Of a DNA stretch of 64,000 nucleotides, positions 39,501 to 51,518 are shown in pieces. How positions within the stretch are numbered: position 1 is the stretch's first letter; every line of letters starts with the position of its first letter. The position numbers and the translations under genes were made by a program. The notes beneath the pieces were generated by a model. It saw only the letters and a program-made list of their open reading frames with translations. It made no database searches and was not told the origin of the DNA. The stretch is from positions 2,528,001 through 2,592,000 of the forward strand of contig CAWCKY010000006.1 of assembly GCA_963796275.1 (NCBI GenBank), in the 5' to 3' direction. The stretch is from an uncultured Acidobacteriota bacterium (GTDB lineage Bacteria > Acidobacteriota > Blastocatellia > RBC074).

Positions 39501-39836
39501 CAGACGCGCCTTCTGGTCGACCTGCAAAACCACACCGGTCTGTACCGTCTTCTTGAAACCCTGCTTTTCCACCGACACTTGATAGGGGCCGATTTTGAGC
39601 AGCGGGATCGTGAAATCCCCGTTATCGCTGGTCACGGCCTCACGCTCTATATTGGTCTCGACATTCTTGGCGCTGACGCGAACGCCTGGAATCGCGGCGC
39701 CTGAAGCATCACGAACCTGTCCGCTGATCGTGGCGGTCGGCGTTTGAGCCGGCGCCTCCGCCGCATTGACCGCAACGATCAGAAATATTGCGGCAAAAAT
39801 TCTCTTCATTCCTCGAAACAAACACCTGCATAACAT
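36561..39836 (-). CDS. Oar-like TonB-dependent receptor
   Basis: LPLNSR, AYEFLRN, NNFAPRIGFAW, QFGLKIIF; true start may be 39809. Confidence 0.95.
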   Translation of the reverse strand: MLCRCLFRGMKRIFAAIFLIVAVNAAEAPAQTPTATISGQVRDASGAAIPGVRVSAKNVETNIEREAVTSDNGDFTIPLLKIGPYQVSVEKQGFKKTVQTGVVLQVDQKARLDFTLQIGQVSESVEVTAATSLVQTDSASVGTVISNKQVVELPLNSREFYGLALTAPRVLPPAQGSTLGFRGGFNVAGSSEVSNNFTLNGIDNNDTGINGPSFRPSIDAIQEFKLLSGIYSAEYGRNSGGQVVINTKSGTNQFHGTAYEFLRNQALDARNFFLRLQPGEKAPSFKRNLFGGSLGGPIISDKTFFFVSYEGLRLRQSVTSLATVPTATMVNGDFRAMRGPGPDQMLGNADDTGRVLNPFNGQEFAMLNVIDQALINPIGQALAKFFPAPTTATPAGRLPSNNYNFSATRRENYNQISTRFDHALSPKDSLYGTYNYYDNPAFEPSNSLCGSRVLPGFGCNTGLTTQLIGIVETHTFTSNLTNEVRLGFNRLRQPRIQEDDVVDFVGQFNISGTFFGETPFNGGVPQVSITGYSNIGGANNLPQDRRDNTYQIVDNVIWTKSAHTMKFGGDIRRFQSNLYFISQGRGIFNFNATANTPTSGYPFADLLLGLPTSTSRNPRGPSTYSRTSSFNFYTQDDWKVNSRLTLNLGLRWEINTPMTEKYNTITSFDSQTGQIRVAGQNGVPDNLFKYDYNNFAPRIGFAWQPLGDAKTVVRGGAGVFYNVQPAGNGFLGMLFNFPARLPQTFNSTLAAPITLNNPFPGAVPTTAPTNGSLTMTAIDDNFVTAYITQWGLSLQREVGSDTVFEIGYLGSKGSHLPLNRNLNQATPGPAQQIQARRPYPQFGNITWIESVANSTYHSMELKAEKRYTKGLSLLASYTFSKSIDNSPGISTSSSASSANAQDTRNLSAERGRSDFDVRHRVVTSTIWEIPLGKGHKVFGSGPLAYIFGGWQASGILSLQSGRPFTAVLSGDFSNTLNRNDRPNLIGDPNSGPKTVEQWFNKDAFQQSTTGSFGTAGRNIITGPGFQNIDFALSRNFSVTERFRIQFRTEFFNAFNHANFNYPEATFNASAFGQIASAFDPRQIQFGLKIIF

Positions 39837-40389
39837 AATTCCCCCGTTGGTTAAGTTAGTTAATAGGTTTGAGAGTCAGGCTCTCCAGCGAACAATGCGT
39901 TTTTCACTGATGAATGTAGGAAAGACGAAGAAATCAAATACAAAGTGGGCAGACTAAATCGGCCATCACCCATATACGGAGCAGCGTGGCGAATCAAAGA
40001 ACGCATAGATAGAACGGGAGTGACCCATTCGACGCGGATCATCTGGGATAAAATTCCAAAAGCTCAGCTTCTATCCGTGTTGCCCGCGCCATCCGCGTTC
40101 TACCAACACATATACAGAGCTAATAACGCCTTAACTGCCTTTGAATAATTTATGCACCCAGCATCGTAGGGGCGGGTATTTCACCCATTCGCCTGGATCA
40201 CGGAGTCGGGCGGGGAATACCCGTCATTAAGTTGATATAGCGCGCTGCTGATGGAGTTACACAAAACTTGCCCGATCTCACCAGGTATGAATCTCGTCCG
40301 TATGATATGCAAATTTACGGAGAAGTGTAAATCTTTTGTGAGTGAGGAAGCGAATAATCTTCGATCCAGGACACGTAGATACTGACGTT

Positions 40390-40824
40390 TCAGCAGGCCA
40401 TTTGTGTCGATTCTCTTGGGCGAATCATTTAGACTCGATCGGCAGGAGCTCGATTTTATCATCGACGTGGCGAACCAAAATTTCGCAGCTTTTGTCGACG
40501 GTGTAGCCATTGAACCTCATAGGGTTGAAAGCGCCATCGTTTCAGGGCCTGCGCTGCAGCTCGTCCCAATTCCTCATCTCCATGCACATAGTATGATCTC
40601 GTAACGACTCCGTCGATATTAACGATTATCATCACATTTGCGCTTAGGCTTTCCGTAGACGAATATTCAACCAGAATCGATGCCGTGGCGCGCGTTTTTA
40701 ATTCATCCCACGAAACGGCAAGCGGTTCGTTCAGGTATGATCTGATGGTGCCGGCTACCATCGAGCGTCCCTCGTTCGAGCCAATTTCACGGTCTTTACG
40801 GAGATTGCTTGTTCTATTCCGCAT
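40390..40824 (-). pseudogene. TonB C-terminal-like fragment with frameshift
   Basis: IVNIDGVV...GDEELGRAAAQALKRWRFQPY, then a frame change. Confidence 0.5.
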
Positions 40825-40974
40825 CTGTTCTAAATATTTCGCGGTCTAATTGGGGAAAAGGGGACCAAAAGGACTGATAACGATTATTCTTCACTCGGTG
40901 AGACGCGCCTACGTGAGCTATGTGGTGACGCATGCAGAGTATGACAAAGGAAAAAAAGGAAAAGGAATAAGATC

Positions 40975-41442
40975 ATGTTTGAGCCCAAGATAATGATTAC
41001 TACCTACATTGCATCCACACCGGAGAAGGTCTGGAATGCGCTTACAGATCCAGAGATCACTCAGCGATATTGGTTCGGCACACGCATCGAGTCGGATTGG
41101 AAAGTCGGCTCGAAGATCATCTACCGTCGTGACGGAAAGATTACAGATGAACATACTGTGCTCAGGGTTGAGCCATTGAGCTTGCTGAGTCATACATTCC
41201 ACCCAGTGTTCATCGAGGAGTTTCGCAATGAACCTCCGTCGAGGGTAACATTCGAGATCGAGGAAGGCGGCCAAGTCGTGCGACTCACCGTGATTCATGA
41301 CGAATTTGAGGAGGACAGCGAGGTTTACCACGCTTGTAGTGAGGGTTGGCCGATGCTCATGAGTAGTCTCAAGACGCTACTGGAAACGGGGAAGCCGCTA
41401 CCCGAGTTCGAGTTCGAGTTCGAGGAGGAGTCTGATGAATGA
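40975..41442 (+). CDS. SRPBCC family protein
   Basis: TPEKVWNALTD, SRVTFEIE, GWPMLMSSLKTLLETG. Confidence 0.92.
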   Translation: MFEPKIMITTYIASTPEKVWNALTDPEITQRYWFGTRIESDWKVGSKIIYRRDGKITDEHTVLRVEPLSLLSHTFHPVFIEEFRNEPPSRVTFEIEEGGQVVRLTVIHDEFEEDSEVYHACSEGWPMLMSSLKTLLETGKPLPEFEFEFEEESDE

Positions 41443-41609
41443 GAATCTTTATCGCCAGTGCATTGAGCCTCCCACATTCCATCCCTTAGTGATGGACATC
41501 AGAATGCCGTGTAAAGAACAGATTCACTATATTGTGTGGCTGTAGAGTATATATTGCTGGGCGCTATCAAATTCCACTCCATTGCTGCAAGGTGCCGGCC
41601 GGGTATCGT

Positions 41610-42010
41610 TCAAGAGAGGTAGGCCAATACGGCTGCTCGGGGCAATGCGTTCCTCTCCCAACCTGCTCGTCAAATTTCTTTCGTTCTTTATCCTCGGCCG
41701 GTAATCGATATTCTTCCGCACGTTGCTCATAGCGATCCACCCATTCATCCGGAACGTTGGCGAGAACCAAATCCGGTGCAATTTGGCACGTTGAGTGAAG
41801 CGCGTAATGTTTCCATCACGCGCTCAGGCAGATTTAGATCGCGAACGCCGCTGACACGTACGTTGAATCGGTTCGCTGAAGAGTTCGGCCCTTCACCAAC
41901 TTCTGTTCACGCAGGATTGATAAGATCTTGTCGAATAGTCTGTGCTCCGTTCCACCTTCAAATAAGCGAGACCGAAACTCGCACAATTGGAATGCGGCGT
42001 GAGCTATACG
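41610..42010 (-). pseudogene. IS1182-like transposase internal relic
   Basis: CEFRSRL, QRTDSTYV, VPDEWVDRYEQRAEEYRLP spread over different frames. Confidence 0.75.
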
Positions 42011-42248
42011 GGCTGTTCGTTCATGGACGATTAGTCCCTGAGGTAGACAACCAACCAATCTTTATCACTGCAATCTTGGCAACGCGGATCGTTCATGACG
42101 ACGGCGGTGATTGTGGCGCGCCGGAAATGAGACCCCGTTCCTGCCGTCATTGGCCGTCAATCACTTCCGAATTGGAGGGTGATTTTCTCCGAAGTTTAAT
42201 TCATGACCAACTCCATGATCAGATCAACATTGTTCAATGGGAGAGCTT

Positions 42249-45251
<3,003 letters not shown>

Positions 45252-45341
45252 AGAATGTCGTTTGTTCTTTGTTATCTAAAACCTCAATACTCATCCATAG
45301 CGAACAACTTGGTGAGCTTTTGGGTGGAGAGGAATTTTGAG

Positions 45342-45385
45342 ATCGAAGGAAGCACGGAGGGCTAACCCCGACTGCTTTCTTCGAT
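45342..45385 (+). terminator. Hairpin after bamA
   Basis: ATCGAAGGAAGCA / TGCTTTCTTCGAT imperfect inverted repeat. Confidence 0.4.
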
Positions 45386-45470
45386 GATTCGTTAGAATCA
45401 CACTCCCATTTGCTTACGCTTCGGGGGTAATTACTCTTTAAACTAAGACTAAGTTTTTTGATGTTTAAAT

Positions 45471-45714
45471 GAGGACTGTGCAAATAAAAGATCATTGGAA
45501 TCAATGTTTTTGGTCCCGAGCGCCAGCGGCGCGGAATATTTATAGCACTCGATCATCCATACCTCGCAAGCTCCGGAGGAGCGGTATATAGGCGTTCAGA
45601 TGTCGCTCCTCTGGAGCTTGCGATGAACATTATCATCTAAGCTATAAACATCGGGCTCCTCCGGAGCCAACCGGAAACTACGGATAACAATCAACTTTAA
45701 TTTGCACAGTCCTC
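45471..45714. mobile_element. MITE copy 2 (244 bp)
   Basis: Perfect 15-bp TIR GAGGACTGTGCAAAT / ATTTGCACAGTCCTC; flanks GTTTAAAT / GTTTAAAA (7/8 TSD); same internal palindromes as copy 1. Confidence 0.9.
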
Positions 45715-45720
45715 GTTTAA

Positions 45721-45900
45721 AATGTTTTTCACAAATGTCTGAGCCAATATTACGCCACTGTTCACCGCGGAGGCGCAGAGAGCGCTGAGGAAGCACGGAG
45801 AAAGTATCAGAAGGCCTTCCTCCCTCTTCCTCTCTGCGGAGTCTCCGCGATCTCCGCGTCTCTACGGTGAATGATGCTCAAATGTTTTGTGAAAGAACTT
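45721..45900. repeat. Second palindromic REP/MITE-like element
   Basis: Outer TTTCACAAA..TGAGC / GCTCA..TTTGTGAAA; inner TTCACCGCGGAGGCGCAGAG / CTCCGCGTCTCTACGGTGAA. Confidence 0.7.
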
Positions 45901-46053
45901 TTGGCCACCTACATAGCTATGGCGCAGTTCAATCACGGGCGTTACGCCCATACGATGTGAAGCCCATCGCCATCCAAGCTGACGCTTTGGACGGAGTACT
46001 CTTTCACTGATGTTGATCCGGAACCAAAACTTCCGCTGACGGTCCGACGGCGC

Positions 46054-47127
46054 TCAGAGGCGCAGAATCCGTTCGGCGTTGCGATAAGCGATGCGTTTTA
46101 GGTCGGTCGAGGTGTACGGCGCGGTGCACAGGAACTCGACCGCCTCAGCGGTCGACTCGAAGGGGTAGTCGATGGCGAACATCACCCGGTCAATCCCGAC
46201 GGCGCTGGTGGCTGCCCGAAGCGCTGAATGGGAGAAGACGCCGCTGGGGGTCACGTACACATTGTGCCGCAGGTAGTAGGACGGGGGGTACGGTGGCCTG
46301 CGATCGCGGGGCACCACGTTGTAGCGGCTATCGAGCCGAGCCAGTTGGAACGGCAGCAATTCCCCCATGTGCCCCAATGTCACCGACGCCCCTGGGAATT
46401 GGTCGAACACTCCACCGTAGATCAGCCGGAGCGCGTGGGCGCCGACCGCTGCCGTCCATCCCCAAGTCGGCCCGGCGAGCACGGGTTGTCCATCGAACAC
46501 ACGCAAGCGCTCAGCGGGGATGATCGCAGGATGAAGGTAAAGCGTTACCCCAAGGCGCTCCAGTTCGGCCCAGACCGGCCGGAACTGCGGTTCATCGAGG
46601 TAGTGCCCGAGGACGTGGTCGTTGTGCAGAACTCCCTTGAGTCCGAGATCCAACACAGCCCGGCGCAACTCGACCACGGCGGCAGCGGGATCCTGCAGTG
46701 GCAGGGCCGCGAACCCGGCAAACCGGGTCGGGTAAGCGGCGACCGCTTCGGCAAGGTAGTCGTTGACCTGCCGGGCAACTGCCACGGCCGCGGCGGGGTC
46801 GGTGATGACTTCCACCCCAGACGTCAGGGAGAGTACCTGCATGTCCACGCCGTTCGCGTCCATGTCCGCCAAGCGGAGCTCTGCCACGTCAGGCAGGCGT
46901 CGGGACCACTCCACAAAAAACCGATCCTGGAGCGGAATGACGTTCGGGTTGATCGGCGGAGTCACACCAGGGACCGAGAACGCTTCTTCGATAGCAATTA
47001 CACGAAATCCGGGAACGGTTTCAGCATGCGAAACCATTTCATTTCCGATAGCAACAACGCCGGCGGTTTCGACGGATTTGCGAATGAAATTGCGGCGGCT
47101 AAGCTTGCTAGGGTGTTGTTCGCTCAT
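46054..47127 (-). CDS. Amidohydrolase-2 family decarboxylase-like protein with Tat motif
   Basis: SRRNFIR; IAIEEAF, RLADMD, YLHP, GHMGE, FAIDYPFE. Confidence 0.9.
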   Translation of the reverse strand: MSEQHPSKLSRRNFIRKSVETAGVVAIGNEMVSHAETVPGFRVIAIEEAFSVPGVTPPINPNVIPLQDRFFVEWSRRLPDVAELRLADMDANGVDMQVLSLTSGVEVITDPAAAVAVARQVNDYLAEAVAAYPTRFAGFAALPLQDPAAAVVELRRAVLDLGLKGVLHNDHVLGHYLDEPQFRPVWAELERLGVTLYLHPAIIPAERLRVFDGQPVLAGPTWGWTAAVGAHALRLIYGGVFDQFPGASVTLGHMGELLPFQLARLDSRYNVVPRDRRPPYPPSYYLRHNVYVTPSGVFSHSALRAATSAVGIDRVMFAIDYPFESTAEAVEFLCTAPYTSTDLKRIAYRNAERILRL

Positions 47128-47200
47128 GGTTAAACCTCTCTTTTAATATGTTTATGATTTGCCATCAGAGTACGATGGAGGATCGTGGGTCGGCTAATAT

Positions 47201-47268
47201 CACCACAAAAATCGCAAAAAGACAAAAAACACAGAAAAAGATTCCATTTTGTGTTTTTTGTGATTTTG
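47201..47268. repeat. A-rich/T-rich imperfect palindrome (REP-like)
   Basis: CACAAAAATCGCAAAAAGACAAAA...TTTTGTGTTTTTTGTGATTTTG. Confidence 0.5.
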
Positions 47269-47630
47269 CAAATACAATCTTTATCGCCCAGCCGTGCTCA
47301 GGCCAACGCCAGATTTTTTGGGTTGGGGATTACTACGATGTGGCGGGTTTCAGGCGTAACTGGAGCGTGCCAGAGTGGGCGAAACAAAACGGAAGTCCAT
47401 AAGCAATTTGATAATTTGCGACTCAGCTGAGACCGCGCTCTGGCTGCTCTGTAAAATGATTGAATTGTATAGCCCCTCGAGCCGGAACCATGCGAGAATG
47501 CGCGTCCATTGTAACGCCGCTTTTTGCGGGGAACGAATAATTTAGTCTCTTGATCATCGGCGTTAAGTTGGCCAACATTGTACAGGTCAACATCAAGAAA
47601 AAAATCTTCGATACAATCAGGAGGTCATCG

Positions 47631-49988
47631 ATGCGATCCCGGTTCCTAGTTCTGTGTCTTGCCGTACTTTGCGCCTGCTCGGCAATGCTGCTCGCGCAAC
47701 ACAACAATCCGGCTCAGAAGAATCCCTTCGCCGATAAACCCGAAGCCATCCGAGCCGGCAAGGGCGTCTACGACCAGATGTGCGCAGGTTGTCACGGCTC
47801 GAAAGGCGATGGCGGGCGCGGCCCTGTTGTTAACAAGGGCGTCTTCAAACGTGGCAACGAGGACGCCGCGCTCTTCAATGTAGTAAAGAACGGTATTACG
47901 GGAACCGCGATGCCAGCCATGGGCCTTACGGATGACGAGGTCTGGCAGGTTGTCAGCTACCTTCGTTCGATGAGCGGGGAATCGGAAAAGATTGCCGGTA
48001 ATGCGGCCAATGGCGAGGAGCTATTTTCCGGCAAAGGCGGTTGCATCTCCTGCCATATGGTCAACGGTTTCGGGAGCCGCTTCGCCCCAGACCTTTCGAC
48101 CATCGGCAATCTCAAAGCCGATGAATTGCGCAAGCTCATCCTCAAGCCTGGTTCGCGCGAAGGCTATCAGCCCGGCTTTGTCGAGGTGAGGACGAAGGAC
48201 GGCAAGTGGATCAAGGGGCTTCGCCGGAATGAGGACACATATTCGATCCAGCTCTTCGACGCCAGCGAAGAACTTCATCTGCTTCGCAAGCGAGACCTCG
48301 CGGAGATCAAGTACGCAAAGATTTCAATCATGCCTTCGGATTACGCGAAGCGGCTCAGCGAACCTGAAGTCCAGGATATTGTCGCCTATCTAAAATCGCT
48401 CAAGGCGGCCGATCTCACGATGGCGGCAAAAATGACGGTTAAGGGCGGTCTTACTTACGAACGTATTCTGAACGCGGCGAAAGAACCGCACAACTGGCTG
48501 ACCTATTACGGCGATTACCGCGGGCAGCATTATTCGCAGCTCAAGCAGATCAATACTTCGAATGCTCGCGGCCTCCAGACTGCGTGGATCTTCCAGCCTC
48601 AGGGCAACGGTGTCGTACAGGCTTCTCCTCTCGTGGTAGACGGCGTGATGTATACGACATCTTCATCGAATTACGCCTACGCTATAGATGCGGCGACGGG
48701 CCGGCAGTTGTGGGAGTACAAGTATCATGCGAAAGACCCGAAGCACGATGTCAAAGGTATCTCGAATCGCGGATTCGCCATGCTCGACGAGCGTCTGTTT
48801 ATGACGACCGGTGATGCCTGGGTTGTGGCGCTCGACGCCAAGACCGGGCGGCGCCTATGGGAGTCGAAATTGGCCGAAGTGTCGGAAGGGTATTTTTCGA
48901 CAATGGCTCCGCTGGCTTTAAAAGACAAGGTGATCGTCGGGATGGGCGGCGGTGAGACTGGAGTCCGCGGTTTTCTCGACGCATACGATCCGGCGACTGG
49001 CCGGCGCTTATGGCGGTTCAATACAGTGCCGGGGCCAGGCGAATTTGGAAATGATACCTGGGAGGGCGATAGTTGGAAGCAGGGCGGCGCCACGACGTGG
49101 ATGACAGGAACATATGATCAAGAGCTCGATTTGATCTACTGGGGTCTCGGCAACCCAGGACCCGATCTGAACGGTGAGGTGCGTAAAGGAGACAACCTCT
49201 TCACCTGCTCGGTGGTCGCGCTCGAGGCTTCGACCGGCAAACGGCGCTGGCATTTTCAATTCACGCCGCACGACGTCTATGACTGGGATGCGAACGAGAC
49301 TCCGATGCTCGTCGACCGGATGTGGAAAGGCCGGATGCGAAAGTTGATGTTCCAGGGGAACCGCAACGGCTTCTTTTACGTGCTCGATCGCGAGACGGGC
49401 GAATTTCTGTTCGGTGCGCCAATCGCGCGGCAGACGTGGGCCAAAGGATTGGACGCGAAAGGAAGGCCGATCCTGTTGCCCGCTAAAGAACCGAGCTACG
49501 AAGGCACGCTGGTCTACCCCAGTCTGGTGGGAGCCACGAACTGGCAGTCCCCGTCATATGATCCCGCGACCGGCTGGTTTATCTTTGCTTACACAGAAGC
49601 CGGGAATGTCTATTTCAAAGAGGATCAGAAATTCGAGTTGGGTAAATCCTATTGGGGCGGGCGCACCGCAGCGACTGGCGAGGTGGAATGGGGCGGCGTT
49701 AAAGCGATTGATCCTGAGACCGCCGAAATCAAATGGGACTACCGGCTTTCGAGAGGAGGGCTCGGCAATGGCTTGCTCGCGACTGCGGGTGGACTGACCT
49801 TTGCTACCACTGGAGACGGCCACTTTCTGGCGCTCCATTCCCGGACCGGGAAACTGCTCTGGCGAGCGCAGACCGGTGGTGATATCCACGCCTCGCCGAT
49901 TAGTTACGCCGTGAACGGACGGCAATTTGTCGCCTGTTCTATGGGTGGCATTCTAATGAGCTTTGCATTGCCGGAATCCGAACCCTAG
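47631..49988 (+). CDS. PQQ-dependent dehydrogenase-family protein with two N-terminal cytochrome c domains
   Basis: GGAGG RBS, signal peptide, CAGCH and CISCH, NWLTY, PQQ propeller repeats, HDVYDWD, NRNGFFYVLDR. Confidence 0.93.
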   Translation: MRSRFLVLCLAVLCACSAMLLAQHNNPAQKNPFADKPEAIRAGKGVYDQMCAGCHGSKGDGGRGPVVNKGVFKRGNEDAALFNVVKNGITGTAMPAMGLTDDEVWQVVSYLRSMSGESEKIAGNAANGEELFSGKGGCISCHMVNGFGSRFAPDLSTIGNLKADELRKLILKPGSREGYQPGFVEVRTKDGKWIKGLRRNEDTYSIQLFDASEELHLLRKRDLAEIKYAKISIMPSDYAKRLSEPEVQDIVAYLKSLKAADLTMAAKMTVKGGLTYERILNAAKEPHNWLTYYGDYRGQHYSQLKQINTSNARGLQTAWIFQPQGNGVVQASPLVVDGVMYTTSSSNYAYAIDAATGRQLWEYKYHAKDPKHDVKGISNRGFAMLDERLFMTTGDAWVVALDAKTGRRLWESKLAEVSEGYFSTMAPLALKDKVIVGMGGGETGVRGFLDAYDPATGRRLWRFNTVPGPGEFGNDTWEGDSWKQGGATTWMTGTYDQELDLIYWGLGNPGPDLNGEVRKGDNLFTCSVVALEASTGKRRWHFQFTPHDVYDWDANETPMLVDRMWKGRMRKLMFQGNRNGFFYVLDRETGEFLFGAPIARQTWAKGLDAKGRPILLPAKEPSYEGTLVYPSLVGATNWQSPSYDPATGWFIFAYTEAGNVYFKEDQKFELGKSYWGGRTAATGEVEWGGVKAIDPETAEIKWDYRLSRGGLGNGLLATAGGLTFATTGDGHFLALHSRTGKLLWRAQTGGDIHASPISYAVNGRQFVACSMGGILMSFALPESEP

Positions 49989-50289
49989 ATGCAATTCAAA
50001 AATAACCTGTTCTTCGCCCAAACATCGAAATAATTATTTTGATTGACGATGAGGCCGTTGAGAGCGCGGCTGCGTCAACGAGCGATTTGTGCGTGGTACA
50101 GTCATAGAAAATGACTGCGCGCTAAGGTATCTGCTCGCGGCCGTCATCCATCGAACAGGGCGGGGCGTCTCATTTGTCAGAAAACTGTTGCGACCAATAA
50201 ATTATATAAAAAAACTGTTTCTCCATTCATGGCGCAGTCGCCTGAAAAGTTACGTTTTGACGCGCGCCAATGAAGAAAGGGAACTGAGA

Positions 50290-51402
50290 ATGCATCGAAT
50301 ATTTCATCTTGGGTTGAAAGCTGCCCTTACCGCCACGGCTACGGTTGCAGGCGCTTTTCTGGTTTCGCCAGTGATAGCCGCCACATTCGTTTATGTCGGC
50401 AATGCTGAAAGCAACGACATTTACGTTCTGCAACTCAATCAGCAGACCGGCGAGTTGACGCTCGTCGAAACGATTCTGATCCCCGGCATAAACAAATCCG
50501 GAGGCTCGACACCGATGGCGCTCAGCCCGGATCGTCGTTTTCTCTATGTCGCGACGCGCGGCGAGCCACAGGGGGTATTCAGTTTTGCGATTCACCCGAA
50601 AAGCGGCAAGCTCAAATATATCGGCATGGGCATGCTCACCGACAGCATGGCTTACATCGCAACCGACCGCACGGGCCGCTTCCTGTTCGCAGCCTCCTAT
50701 CCTGGTCACAAAATCACGGTCAGTCCCATCGGACCGCAAAAACTAATTCAGCCGACACAACAGGTCTTGCCGAACTACACTAATGCGCACGCGATTCTTG
50801 CCGATGCGAAAAACCGTTATGTGCTGGCGACCACGCTCGGCAATGACCTGATCAATGTGTTCAGATTCGATGAGGCGACCGGAAACCTTGAACCGAACAC
50901 CCCACCATCGATTTCAGTTAAGGAAAAGACGGGCCCGCGTCATTTCGTATTTCATCCGAACGGAAAGCTCATTTATATGCTCGGTGAACTCGACGCGACG
51001 GTTCACGTCTTTGATTACGAAGACGACAAGGGAAGACTCAAGGAAAAACAATCCGCCAGCGCTTTGCCGCAAGGTTTCACGGGGAAGCCATCCGCCGCGG
51101 ACCTACACATTACGCCCGACGGCAAGTTCCTATTCAGCTCAGAGCGAACGTCCAGTATGATCACAGGGTTCAGGGTCAATCAGGCGAATGGAACCATAAC
51201 GCCGACGGAAAGCATTCCAACCGAGATGACGCCTCGCGGTTTTGCGATTGACGCAACGGGCCGTTTCATGATCGTTGTCGGCCAGCGATCCAACCATCTG
51301 TCTCTATATAAAATTGATCCTGTTAGCGGGAAGCTCGCTAAACTTCAAGACCTCCCGATGGGCAAAAGTCCTAACTGGGTTGAGATCGTAGTGCTTCCCT
51401 AG
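50290..51402 (+). CDS. 6-phosphogluconolactonase-like beta-propeller (YbhE/Pgl family)
   Basis: SPDRRFLY, GPRHFVFHP, AADLHITPDGKFL, PRGFAID, PNWV; likely secreted. Confidence 0.9.
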   Translation: MHRIFHLGLKAALTATATVAGAFLVSPVIAATFVYVGNAESNDIYVLQLNQQTGELTLVETILIPGINKSGGSTPMALSPDRRFLYVATRGEPQGVFSFAIHPKSGKLKYIGMGMLTDSMAYIATDRTGRFLFAASYPGHKITVSPIGPQKLIQPTQQVLPNYTNAHAILADAKNRYVLATTLGNDLINVFRFDEATGNLEPNTPPSISVKEKTGPRHFVFHPNGKLIYMLGELDATVHVFDYEDDKGRLKEKQSASALPQGFTGKPSAADLHITPDGKFLFSSERTSSMITGFRVNQANGTITPTESIPTEMTPRGFAIDATGRFMIVVGQRSNHLSLYKIDPVSGKLAKLQDLPMGKSPNWVEIVVLP

Positions 51403-51518
51403 CCGGCGGGTAGGCTTCGTTCTGATCGACATAGATGAGTGGCGGGTGGGTGGCCCTCACCCACAAGGCCACTGTTTTTTTGCAACCGAACCAATCGAGA
51501 CTCCCTTTGTGTTGATCA

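Noticed and set aside
40158-40195. GTAG-type REP-like sequence
   Set aside because: Single degenerate copy with poor pairing
41404-41424. (GAGTTC)x3 repeat encoding EFEFEF
   Set aside because: Short in-frame tail repeat with no phase-variation effect
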